From Amoebophrya sp. A120 (Eukaryota; Protista; Dinoflagellata): a stretch of DNA of 64,000 nt. The position numbers and the translations under genes were made by a program. The notes under the pieces are model-generated. The model did no database searches, was not told the origin of the DNA, and saw nothing but the letters and a program-made list of their open reading frames with translations. Location of the stretch: assembly GCA_905178155.1 (NCBI GenBank), contig CAJINV010000004.1, positions 11,081,655-11,145,654 of the forward strand, given 5' to 3'. Positions 1-11,978 of the stretch are shown here, in pieces. Position 1 is the first letter of the stretch. Every line of letters begins with the position of its first letter.

Positions 1-3000
1 ACACGCCGATCAGAAGCGACATGACAAAGACGGCCCCCAGCATCCGGCCCGAGGAAGTCCGTGGCGACATCTCGTCGTTGAGTTCGCCCTGGATCGTAGC
101 GCTATGCGAAACGTAGGTCGGAGCGATGGCGATGATGTTGAAGATCTGGAGTCGTGTGGAAAAGAATTTGCAATTCATTGTACCGTTTGGCGCATGTTGT
201 ATCTATCAACAGGAAGTGTACTATCACGCATGATGTGTGTGGAAAAGTTTGTAAGAACGAGACGACCATACGACTGCGCGTAGAAATGACCAAGAAGATC
301 TATTCTCAATCAATCTAGGGCTTTCTACCAGCATCCAATTGGACAAGACAAATTGTCCTTCGTGCAGCCATATCCTGTGCAAAAGTATCGCACTCGTATT
401 GCAATCATGAATCACAAATCTTTCTCTTAAGGGAAATCAGCATTGCAAATTTTATCCCTCATGCTGCGGGAATTTGTAATGCATTTATACGAGTGCGATA
501 CTTTTTCTTTTGCAACTCATAAGCCACACCTTCATTGGAGTTCGGTACAATTGCAGCGGGAAGCAGCACTTGCACCCGGTGGCGAAAAAGAGCAGGAAGA
601 GAAAGAGCACGATCCCGAAAATGGTCAGGCAAAACAATCCGAGAAACCGCACGAACTGCACCGCCGGGGCTGCGCTATAGACGGTCAGCTTTCTCCCGAT
701 GAAAGGGACCTTACTTGATGTTGTTTCTTGAGGATTCATTTGGTACGGCTGGTGCGTTGTCGTAGCACTACTACTTGGAGATGATGGCACTAGTATCGGC
801 GGTTTCACGTCCCCCGCAACCCCAGCGACCGTTTGCCACTTGGTCGCGCAGGCACTGGGATAGGCCTCGGCGGCGACACAGGTGGCAACTAAATCTCTTG
901 CGAAGTACAGGCCCCATGTCTGGTCGTCCATCCTCCGGACCGACATGTGCAGCAAGTCCGGCTCGTAGGCGCTCCAGTTCCGTTCGACGGACGACGCGGT
1001 TTGTCCACCCGCGGTGCCGGACCCCGACCCCGCGGGCAGGTTTTCCCCAGCCGCCTGGCCGCCGAGACAGCCGTGGTTTTCGGAAACGAAGACCTTTCCC
1101 GCTTCCTCTCCCGTCCCCTGTTTCATCAGACACCGCTGCTCAATGGAGCTGATCTTGTCGAAGCGCTGCGTCCAGTAGGCCAGTTGCTCGGACCTCTTTT
1201 CCTGCTGCGAAAGCTGCAGGAGAGCTGCAGCGAGGAAGTCGTAACCATTGATCAGGGCGGCTTTGAAAGGGCTAGTACTGGTCCCCTCCTGCTGGTCGTG
1301 GAATTGTTCAGTAGCTTGATCTTCTGGCTGCTCTTGCTGCGAAGAACCCACAACAGCCCCGCCCTCTCGTCGATCACTGCTGCTGCTGCTCGGTGCTACT
1401 GCTACAACTGGTGCGTTTGTTGCTTCTGGCGACTGCGCGCCACCAGATGACCCTCCTCGCTCGCGTCGCGCGTACTTCGGGGAATGCAGCAGGTACTCTT
1501 TCACGGAGTACAGTACTCTCTTTGCCGGGCGAACCACAATTTCGTCGAGTTTGACAAGCATGTGGCGCAGCGGGGAAAAAGCTGTTTTTTCGTGCGTGAA
1601 CGCGGAATCACCGTCTTCCTCCGTTGCGTCCGCCAGTGCTTCGTTGCCAACGAGGACCTGCTGCGCTATTTGCCGGTCTTTTCGTCGTGGGGCCCAGCCT
1701 CCCTCTCGTCGGAGGAGGCCCCAACCGCGCACCGGGGGACGGGTGTCAACAACTACTGGCTCCTCGTGAAGACCTTCTTCGTTCTTCTCGTAATTGCTGG
1801 CAACTGATGTTACTGCAGCAGTACTTGCTACACCCGGTACTGTAGGTATTACCGCTGCACCTGCAGCATTAGGGAAACCACTTGCTCCAGCTCCTCCGTC
1901 CAACTTGCGAGCAGAGGTTGTTGTACCAGCGGCCTCTTCCTGCAAGAAAGACGGCGGAAGCAAAGAAGGGGTCGGAACAGTACCTAAGCCATCGGACGTG
2001 AATTGCATGGCGGATGTAATTGTTCTCGGCGGCATTGATCCTGCTACCGCTGTACCTGCAGGGGGTGGGGGCGCAGCTCCCGTCGTACCTGGTGGAGTAG
2101 GTGCAGCGGTTGTTGGCGTTGAGGCCGCTATGCCAGCAGTTGGCGCTCCCAACGCTACTTGTGCGGGTGGAGCAGTAGGAGCAATGGCTTGTGGTTGTTG
2201 AGGAAGAGGCTGCTGCTGCGGCTGTGCCGGAGCAGTACTAGGTGCGCTGGCGCCTGGTGCCTGTACGATCACCGTTGTGCCACCAGGAGCAGCGGCCGTT
2301 GTTACAAATGGAGTAGATGGAGAGGGTTGTTGTACGAGTTGTGAAGATGATGGCGGTTGCTGCGGAGGAAAAGTAGCTGCTCCTGTCGCAGGTGAAAAAA
2401 GTTGCTGCTGTTGCGCTGCTGGTTGCACCACCACCGGCGTTGCTGCAAGTTGCTCCACCGCTCCGACAGGACGGAATGACGGCTGTCCAACTTGGTTCGC
2501 CTGTGTCGGTGTCCCTGCACCTGGCGGAGCTGGAAGTGCGGAGGCTGACACGGAAGGCAACTGAGGTGTCGAGATTTGTGAACTTGCTGCTCCTGCGCCT
2601 TGTTGTAATTGCAGCGGTGAACTGCTGGCTGCGGTGGGAGGTGCGCCAGAAGCTAGCGGTGCTCCAGGCTGCGCTGCCGCTGCTCCAAGAACACCACCCT
2701 CGGTTTTGGTTTGCGCCTTGGCGTCGGGAGCAGCTGTAGGGGGCTTTATTATCTCCTCCCCGGGAAGGACGTTTGCATTTTCCTCTGAAGGAGGTGTCGC
2801 CGACGTCGGACCACTTCCCGCCATCACACCTGCTGGCTGTAGTTTTTCCTCCTCCGGTGGGACGATAATTTTCTCCGAATCTATCGCTTCCGAAGAACCT
2901 CTTCCCGAACGGTCCACCTGATCCTCCGCTGCTTCCATTGCTTGTCTGGCAAGAAACTCTTGATTTTTGTCCGGCGGTACCACGGGGCCGCTAGGCGTGT

Positions 3001-5522
3001 CTAGAGGAACTGGGTCGGTGGTTTTTGGCAGAGTGCTTGTTTCTGACTGATGCTGAACACCGGCTGGAGATGTGGTTCCTGGCCCACCCGCACCTCCGGG
3101 TCGGACTGGTCCTCCCTGCTGCTGCGGTGCACCAGACGAGGCCGTAGCGGTAATCGCAGCTCCGGGCACCGCGACTTTCTGGTCCTCGGGCAGTGGCTGT
3201 AAATACGCTCTTTCGTCCCGGGCGTTTTCGTAGGCCAGGCGGTAATTCTTGAAGTCGCGGTCAAGTCCGAGGATTTGGACCGTGAGCAGAAATTCCGGCG
3301 GTTTTAGGGCTTCGAAAACACCGAGCCGCTTCGGAAAGACTTGGTCATTCATCCATAGGGCATCCAGCGTCGTGAGAACCACAATAGCAAAGGAGACGGC
3401 AAAGAAGGCGTAGTACCTGAAGATAGAAGTGCAACCGAGTGACCATAACCATTAACAAGATAGAGATGAAGTTGTGGAGTCAATGAATTATTTCATAAAA
3501 AAACAGAGAATTTGAAATTCAGATGCCTGCATCATGATGAAACACGTAAGTACGTACTACAGCAAACAATACAACACACTGATGTAGCACACATCAACAT
3601 CATCACACCAAAAATATTATCATCCTGATCCTCATCGTTGATGTTTATCAAAAAGAAAAAGAATACAGTCCCGCCGCCGTCCTGCGGTTCCACTTCACAA
3701 AATTCTCGTCCTCTGCTGAAAGCACCAGTGAACTCTTCCACACCTGCGATGCGCGGTTGTTGTTGCGCCTAGGAAAAGCCAGTGCTCGTTGCAGGTAACT
3801 TTCCGCCGACTCTATGCGATCCAGCTCATTATACTCGAAGGTGACTTTCGGAGAGGTAGCCTCCGTCGTGGAAGGGTTCGGCGAGGAGAGGGACGCCCCT
3901 GAAACGGCGTTTCCAACTTCAAATCGCGACTCCCCGGCAGTCGACCGTTTGTTTGTAGCCCCTCTCATCTCCTGTTCCTTCGTTAGGATTTTTCTCTCCG
4001 CTGTTCCTGCTTGCAGGTTTCGATTGTTCTGTCGTCCTCGGTCGACACGCTTTTGCGCTTCCGCCTGTGTCGTCTTCTGCGTAACAATACCGGCGTCCAG
4101 TACCCGCTGCGCCACTTGGGCCTGCGTAATTTTTTGCGTCATGAAGGCGTCGTCGTCGTACTCATCGCTGCTGTACGCGGATTGTTGCGCGTGGTCCTCC
4201 GGAACTTCGTCTTCCTCTCTTCGCAGGATACCCTGTAAAACCCGCCCAGCGGTCTGTCCGTGTCCCGTCGCTGTCTGCATGTTCGTCCCACCAGCAGTTG
4301 TCGTAGCTGAATTAATACCTGGAGCTTGCTTCGGCCGCACCCACGACGATGCTCCATCAACATGCTGTGCCGCATCTACTCGTTCCGTGGCACTGGCACT
4401 TGCGCTTGAGGTTGTCGTCACGTCTTCTGGGACGGGTGGATTATCCGGCTGGGTGTGCTCGTAGAACTGTGGGCGGCCAGCGCGGGAGGACGACGGGAAA
4501 GAACTTGCCACTGGCTCAACATCGTTCTGGTCCCCGAGGACTCCTGTAGTCATATGGTGGACCGCCGACGGTCCCTCCGGCCTCGGCTGGTGCTGCGCCA
4601 CGGCAGGTGCGGACATGCGTCTGCTAGCCTCTTCTTCGGCTGCGCGAAGTGTTGCGTCGCGATCGAAAAACGTGTTATTATATCCCTCGCCAGGCAGTGT
4701 GGTGTTCCGCCCGGTCATGCGCGGAACAGGATACGAGGAAAAGGAAGAACTGTTAGTGCCTGCGGCTCCTGCTGCTTCAGAAACAGTGGAAGCAGCAGCT
4801 TTAGTACTTCGCGCGATGCCGATTGACGGCGAAGCCGCTGGCGGTTGCGGGGCTGGACTTGTTGCGGCGGGTGTTGTAGCACTGGGGTTGTAGCGGTTTA
4901 CGTTTACGGAGTTTTGTTCGACCTCTTGTTCGGTATCGTCATCGTTATCATCTCTTCTCGGCGGTAGGGAGGCCTCCGGGGCTGATTCTTCTTCCCCGCT
5001 CGGGGCACGATGAACATCAAGACCTGCAATTTTCTCCTCCTGCGCAGAGAGTTGTCGAGGCTCCAGCTCCGGTTGTCGTCCACCCTCTGGCCTTGACTCT
5101 GCTGTTGGCTTTTGATTTTCTTCGTACACGTTCAAACCGCCCTGAATGATCCCATAGACGCCCCCGAGAAGTTCTTTGTCGGAGCCTTGCGAGGCGTCCA
5201 ACGTGGGCGCAACAGTAGCGGTGGTGTGCATCAACGTTTGTTGTAGCTGGTCAGTTGTGTGGTTTTCCGCTGCTGGTCCTGTTTCTGGTATTGGCACAGG
5301 CAGCACTGCAGAAGGGGGCACGATTTGGGCCGTCAGTTCTTCTGCGGCTGCTGTAGTCGCCGGAAAGATGGTAGCGCCGAGGCTGGACGGATGGTTCGTG
5401 GTGTTTCCAGCGTCATCCGGTGTGGCACCAGGTCTGTTGGCGGCGCCACCTTGTTCCGACGAACCGGAGCCGCTCCACTCAAGCAGATTCATCGCCTCGT
5501 GATCTGAAGCGGGAGCGGCCAT
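1..5522 (-). CDS. Large low-complexity membrane protein, multi-exon, probably running off the left edge
   Basis: ORFs 3648-5522 and 485-3382 join in frame across GT-AG intron 3417-3666 (..TAAGL|YYAFFAVSFAIVV.., hydrophobic). Second TM-like stretch FLGLFCLTIFGIVLFLFLLFF. Removing element 371-521 gives KVW|LHEGQFV (ORF 224-415). Possible further exon below ~101. Confidence 0.6.
371..521. mobile_element. TIR introner, family A (151 bp), TSD AGCCA
   Basis: Left end TATCCTGTGCAAAAGTATCGCACTCGTA, right end TACGAGTGCGATACTTTT..TTGCAACTCATA. AGCCA at 366-370 and 522-526. Confidence 0.9.
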
Positions 5523-6458
5523 CTTCAGATTATTTCGGCAGGGACGAGCACGAGGAGAGGGTGTACTGATCGGTATTCAAGCTTACTTCTCTGTCCTCGT
5601 CTTCCTGCAACAGCATGCAACTTCAGCTTCACATACTAGGACGATACGACTGGTGGCACAAGGACGAGAAACACCAGGATTGGTGACAGTCAGAGACATT
5701 AGACACGCCACGCAAAAAGAATCTTCTCTCAGGTTCATCGATCGACAAAACCATCATTCAGAATCGACGTTTTGGTACAGTTTATTTCCACAAAACGCAC
5801 AATCAAGCGAGCACACGACGACGACAAGCACAACACTTACAAACACAACTCATCTCACTCTAAGCCAAAAACGTCCCTCGTTTGCAAAACATCAACTCAC
5901 TCTCAACTTATCTATCACATATCATCCCTCTCAGGCAACCACATCCTCAGGCTGTGCGACCACGACACATCGCTCTGGTTTTAGTCTTGCATATACGAGC
6001 TTTTTCAGCGCATCGTCGTCGTCCAAGCAGCCCCATCTTCTGGAGGCAATCATGCGCTTTCACCGTATTCGGCCTCCGTTCGAAGCAAAGTACGGTTTAG
6101 GCATCGAGCTTGTACTAGCTTCGATCTTCTTGGCAAATCTACAGAGTTCATTTAAGAAGGTTCGGCATCGACTAGCCCGTCTCTCTGATCCGATTTCGAA
6201 AAAGTGTTTGCGTTCCATCTGGTATTAGCTCTTGGTCTTGGTGGCGTCTTGCACGATCCTACAACATAACTGCTACTGCATTTCGTTCTGTGCGTACGCT
6301 AGACTAATCAAGTAGATACTTTAGATTTATCAATATAAATATAAATATATCGCATTCATTTTCTGTAATTTTTTTGGTTTGTTTCGTGCATTGATGAAAA
6401 GCCTCTGCCATCCTCTAGTTGTAATGGTTCAACGTTGTTCGTCAACATTTTACATTTC

Positions 6459-7595
6459 TCACTTTCCTCCCTTCGTCTTCAACTGCTGTACCAATGCCTC
6501 CGCTTTTTCCCGCCGCTCGCGCTCTTCCTGCAGTTGCTTTTCCAACGGGGCCAGCAGCTTGGTCACCTCCTGCTCGACCACGGAGCGAATTTCTTCCTGA
6601 AACTGTGCCTCGCCCGCGCTGCCCGCCATCTCACTCGCCGCTCCGGACCTGTCGGTAGATGTAGAATTTGATTTTGAGGTTTTTCTTTTCGAGTCAGATT
6701 TTTAACAAAGAAAATGCAAATAATGAGACGTAAGGTCGTCGTGCATAGTTGTTGTACTTGAACATACTGATGCATCACCAGCATGAGCATCATCATGAAG
6801 ACCATGACCATTTTTATAACAATGGCAATATGAAGATGAACTACTACTACATCATCCTCATTGAACAAAAAGAATCGAAAAAAAACACTACTCCGGATTA
6901 AAGCTTCCCCGCCATCGGGAACTGCTCGCCCTTCCGCTGCGCGCCCCGTTGCTCTTCGCGGCGGGAGCGGCGTTTTTGTCGATGTTTGCGATGGACCGCA
7001 ACAACTGATCTTGCGTCAACGCAGGTGCGGTACTTTTTCCACCTTCCTTCGCCCTGAAACGCGAAGAACTGCTCTTCCTCGAACGGAAGGAACTACTGGC
7101 CACCGATTCCGACGCCTTCAGCCCCAGCGGACCTCCGAGGGTCTCCTTCCCGGCCGGACGCACCGCCACACTGCTAGCTGCACTGGAACCAGCGGGGACC
7201 GGTTTGTTTGCGTTATTTCGTGGCAAGTACATCGGTTTATTCGTGCTATTCACCGTCTCTTTCGTATTCTGCCTGGTACTCTTTTCCTCGTACCACTCCG
7301 CCGGGAGCGGCTGGCCCTTGAGCATGGAGTTTCCCTTTGGTCCCGGCGGTCCGGGGGGCGTGCTGTGGTTCAGCCCGCCGGGGAGCCAGGCGCGCTTGGA
7401 TTTGTCAATCGGCGCGTAGGTGGGTTTGGACACCGCAGCCACGTTCGCGGCGACGAAATTGCTGGTCATGGTGGTGTTCTTGGAGTTCGCCTGAGACTTC
7501 GACTGTTTGTACAGCGCTTTTTCCGCGGACTCTTTCTCCTTCTGCACCCGCTTTTGCCAGAAGGCATTCATCTGGATCGGGTTGGTGCGATGCAT
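6459..7595 (-). CDS. Hypothetical basic protein with C-terminal coiled coil (2 exons)
   Basis: MHRTNPIQMNAFWQKRVQKEKE.. joins across a GT-AG intron (~6648-6891) to ..EEIRSVVEQEVTKLLAPLEKQLQEERERREKAEALVQQLKTKGGK*. Confidence 0.6.
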
Positions 7596-8186
7596 TTTCG
7601 AAGAAAGAAGTTGCAGCTCTAGGGTTTTTGTCGTCAATTCAGAAGTACGACACCGCAAGGTTGCTTAGTACTGAAAAAAGCTAGTACTGAAAACCAGCGA
7701 GCAAGATTTTTTAGTATCAAGAACGGCAACAAGAAAGGTCTTTTCGTTTTCAGACAAAAGGAAAAGCGAAAGGTCTCACTTTCATCCACCTTGTCAATCG
7801 GTTTATCTTCGCTCCGCCCTCCAACCACAACACGATAGCAAAGGCAGCCTCAATCTCACTCATTTCAGAAACTACTCGACGACGACGAAGACACTCGACG
7901 ACGACGCAGATCCCCCTGCCGAACGCGCACGAACAGACAGAAACGTCAGTGCAAATGCGTTTGAGATTTCTGTCGACCACTCGAACAAGCACGAGCTTAT
8001 CATGGAAGTCCTCAACACGGTTTATGTCGTGAATCAATGTCAATGTCAACAATCCGTGTCGCTTTACAAAACAAGGTCGTCCTTGTGTGGCCGCGTTAGA
8101 AAAGTGTCGTTTGATTTGCTTCATGTTCATCACCCTGAATGAGTTCTAGAAACAAGCTCAGGCACGGCGAGATCGAGAACTTGCAT

Positions 8187-10580
8187 CTACTGCGGGAATA
8201 ATTTGTCCGCGGTAGGTGCTACTTCTTGTTCGTTTTTCTCACCGTCGTTCTTTGCCTCGGTTGCCCGCCGTCGCGGAGAGCGACTGCGGGAACGCCGATT
8301 GTGACACAAACCACCACCATCATTAGCCATAGCAGCTGTCGTGTCGTTCATGATCTCGTTGCCTCTAGTTTCTTTATTTTCGTTCTCCAACGGGACGGAG
8401 TGCTTGGTGCTTCTAGTGCGGTCTACTTCGTACAAGCCTTCGATGTACCCGGGGCGGTCTGTTCGGTGTTTCACGTTGTCTCCCGTGAACTGCTGTTGAA
8501 ATTTCACGTATTGCCGCAACGGCCGAATCACTGTGTTATACGCCGTCACTTTTGATGTTTCCCCTCTCTTCACAAAGCTCGGCTGCCGGATTCTCTTGGA
8601 AATCTCGTCATTCCACTTGTCCAAGAACAACGCCAGCGCTTCCGCGGTCGAGTGCCCGAGAATGATCGGCGGAGGGGACGAATTAAAGTCATGGCTAGTG
8701 GTACAACTAGTACCAACAGTCGAGGAAGATGACGACGAAGTCGAAGCAGTCGCTTGTAATACATTGACAGCTGTTGGTGCAGCACCACCACCAGCACAAC
8801 CAGGCTTCTTCATCTTCAAAATCTCTGGCTTTCGCACCAGAAAGGCCGGCGCGGGAAGCGGTACGGCGGTCATTCCCTCCCGGTCCGAGGCCAGCGTGAC
8901 GCGGAGGATTTTTTTGGGAAAGCTCACCTCCATATGGAAGCGTCAGGTTTGAAATCCTCAAAGTTGAAACAATTTGTAATGCGTAAAATGCGACACAAAA
9001 AGTGACTCTATTGCAGAGGACCCATGGGAGGCAGATTATAGTCCTGGCAAGGGTCAAAAGTTGGACTGCTAACTAGCATGACAGAAGGCAGCTCTTTTGC
9101 CCAAAACCGCATGACAGACTCGCTTCCAGGTCCGGGAAAATTTGTCATGCGCCGACTACAAACTGTAGGTCTAACTGGTATCCGTTTTATGCATGACAAA
9201 CTATTTCAACTTTGACGATTTCAAACCTGACACATCCATACTCCATCTCCTCTGCGTACTTCCAAGTGGCGTATGCAGTGCAAAAGTATCGTACTCGTAG
9301 TAATTGGAATTGCAGTTATGCAATACAAATCTCGTTCTTAAGGCAAATCAGCATGAGAAATTCCAGTTGTCTTGCTGAGAAAATTTGTCATGCAATTTAT
9401 ACTAGTACGATGCTCTTGCAATGCATATGGCGTCCAAAACGACTAAATAGCGGTAGTACTTCCCCTTCACATCATTCGGGGGAGATAAATTTTCGTACCA
9501 CGACTCAGAATCTTCACCGTCCAACATCCGGGGAGAACTTCTACCAGTTTCGTTCGGAGAGGAGGCGGCGGTGCTGCTTGCCGCCGGAGTTCTAGCTTGT
9601 TGTTGGGTCGTTGTTAATTTCTCATCTGCTGCAGGAGCTCCTGCTCTTTGGATCTGCTTATTGCTCGTAGTTTCATGTTGAAAATTATGCGCGAAGACTT
9701 GATGTTTCGCCTTTATTTCTTCTCTATTCTCCTTTCTTTTCAATTTCATGGTCTTCTTGTCCCGTGGTGAGAGCCACAAAATCTGTCCTGGTAATTCCGA
9801 AATGTCCGCGGTCGGGGTGACTTCGGGGTTCTCCGTCTCGTCTTCGCACGAAGAGCTGCGCAAACCCATTTTCGCTCTCCGGACTGCGCGGATTACTTCA
9901 TCGGGGCTCGTTCCTTTGGAGGCGTTTTCCGCCCGTCGAATCGATTCGTCCTGATCTTCGAAAACTTCTTTGACCGTGAGTGCCTCTTTCGACGGAAAAA
10001 GCAACAAAGTCTTTTCCGGGTCCACCCGCAACTTCCGCTTCAGCTCATCACTCCAGCGCCGCCCCTTCACGATTTCGATCCGGTCTAAACACTTGGACAG
10101 GAAGTAGTCGGTTTTGTGTTTCTGCTTCTGCTCCTGGGGATGCTGCAGGACGATGATTTTCGTGAAGCTAGGGATCTTCAGTTTCTGCTCCGGCAACCAG
10201 GGACAGAGACACACGGTTTGTGGTCGGTCACACTTACCGCAGATTTGGCGCTTGTTTTTACTAGGTGCAGCGGCTCCTGTGCACGTGCTCGAGCTCGTCG
10301 CAGAAGGTGGTGCTGGATCATTTTTACCTGTATTAGCCGGCTCATCTTCCTGGTCTGTTCGTGTTTGTTGTACTTGGAGGGGTCGTTCTGATATGTCAGT
10401 GTGGCGTTCGTCTGAGGTGGATAACGTCGCAGCTCCTTGCTGTATCTCCGTTTTTGGTTGCGATTGAGGCTGTATTTGTTGCGGTTGCCGACCTTCTTCA
10501 TCTTTTTTGCTGTCGGCAGCCATCGCGTCATGCAGCCTTGCTCCGTTGATAGTTATTTCATGACTATCTTGCGCGCTCAT
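8187..10580 (-). CDS. DTWD2: DTW-domain tRNA-uridine aminocarboxypropyltransferase (DTWD2/TapT-like)
   Basis: CxxCxRPxxxCLC zinc motif and LQHPQE. After removing two TIR elements: VLDATWKYAEEMEVSF (DxTW motif), then FLVRKP and STAEAL. Confidence 0.85.
8933..9240. mobile_element. TIR introner, family B (308 bp), TSD CTCCA
   Basis: ~50-bp imperfect TIR TATGGAAGCGTCAGGTTTGAAATCCTCAAAGTTGAAA / TTTCAACTTTGACGATTTCAAACCTGACACATCCATA. CTCCA at 8928-8932 and 9241-9245. Confidence 0.92.
9272..9427. mobile_element. TIR introner, family A (156 bp), TSD TGGCG
   Basis: TATGCAGTGCAAAAG...CTCTTGCAATGCATA. TGGCG at 9267-9271 and 9428-9432. Splits the D-A-T-W motif. Confidence 0.92.
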
Positions 10581-11135
10581 TTTTGGTCTTGCTAAAGGAA
10601 AAGGACGCGTAATCGCTACATTTGAATGTAGTGTCAGATGTCAACCTGTTTTCATAAGTTTCTACTATACTTTCTTCTACATGATTGGCCTAACCGTTTT
10701 ACTCACTCTGCCTGTGCTTGGATCGTGCGAATGGGATCATTGGAACGGAAAAATAGACGCAATTGACCGGGGAAGCCGGGAACCGAATAACCGATGGATC
10801 TTCTCTGTTTACTTTTTGATCTTCCAGAATCTCTGGTTGCTTTTGGAGCTTGATCATTACTAACTCGAGGGTTTCTTGGGCTGTCTGGCCTCGTTCCTGC
10901 TACATGGACACTACTACATGCACGTGGTTTATGATCTGTATGCGCTGACACTGTTTCCATATCCACTCGGTGATCCACCATATCTATGAACAGAACAAAT
11001 TGATCTTTTCTTTGCGCAGGCAATAAATACATCAGGTGCAGCTCTTCTCGTCCTGACTGATTTGATTTGCGTAGTATTTATATCCTTCTCTGATCTTTTT
11101 CCAAGTCCAACAGGCAGGTCAGGAACAGGATGTAG

Positions 11136-11930
11136 CTGCCTCTGTAGATGAAGGTTGCGAAGACGAAAAAACGCCTCTAGCGCTTTAGTCCTATACCAAG
11201 GGGAAAAACACAGGAAAGGGGGAAAATTCAAAATTTTGCCATGCCTCATTTTTGAAAGAGGTGAGAACCACACGCATGCGCATGGCCTTGGTGATTTGCG
11301 ACGGAATCGTAAACGCCAAAAAACCGCGCGCAACATATCAAGAGGCGCTCGACGTAGAAGGCCTGCCCCCGGGCCTGTCTACAATTTGAAAACGCCCGCG
11401 CTTCGTTTTAACATCACTGCCGGGCCCCAGGCGGCGCCGGGCTCCGGGCCAGGGGGCCGGCGCCATTTCCCAAAGCCCCAGGCCATGCCCAGCACGAGCA
11501 GAATCTGGCTCGGGCGCTACCGCTTGGGGTGGCCAAAAATTTCTGGCCATTCCAGTGGATTTGTAACGCGACCTGAGTGCCCCGGTTTTCGGCCAAAAAA
11601 CGGCCTTGCTGAAGTTGGGATGTTTTTGCTGGCCCTTGCCTGAGGGGGGTGGCCCCAAGGATACCCCCCCCCATTCCCGTGAATTTGTATCGCACCTGTT
11701 TACCTTGATTTCTGGCCCATCTCGGGCCTCCGCTTTTTCCCGGTTTTGGCCCCTCTCCCAAACCCCTCCCCCTGTCCATTCCCGTGAATTTGTACTAGAG
11801 CAGAAGCAGTCTCACATTACAAAAGCAAAACGCAGTCTGAACATACCGGAATTGAGTCCCTGTAGATGAAGGTTGCGAAGACTGCCTCTGTAGATGAAGG
11901 TTGCGAAGACGAAAAAACGCCTCCAGCGCT
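11136..11930. repeat. ~700-bp GC-rich insert flanked by 49-bp direct repeats
   Basis: CTGCCTCTGTAGATGAAGGTTGCGAAGACGAAAAAACGCCTC(T/C)AGCGCT at 11136-11184 and 11882-11930, with a partial third copy at 11860-11882. Internal CCATTCC(C/A)GTG(A/G)ATTTGTA at 11547, 11671 and 11776. Confidence 0.75.
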
Positions 11931-11978
11931 AGAGCCCTAGCTGCCGTTCCTGCCAGAAAAACCCAAGTTGTAGAGCTC

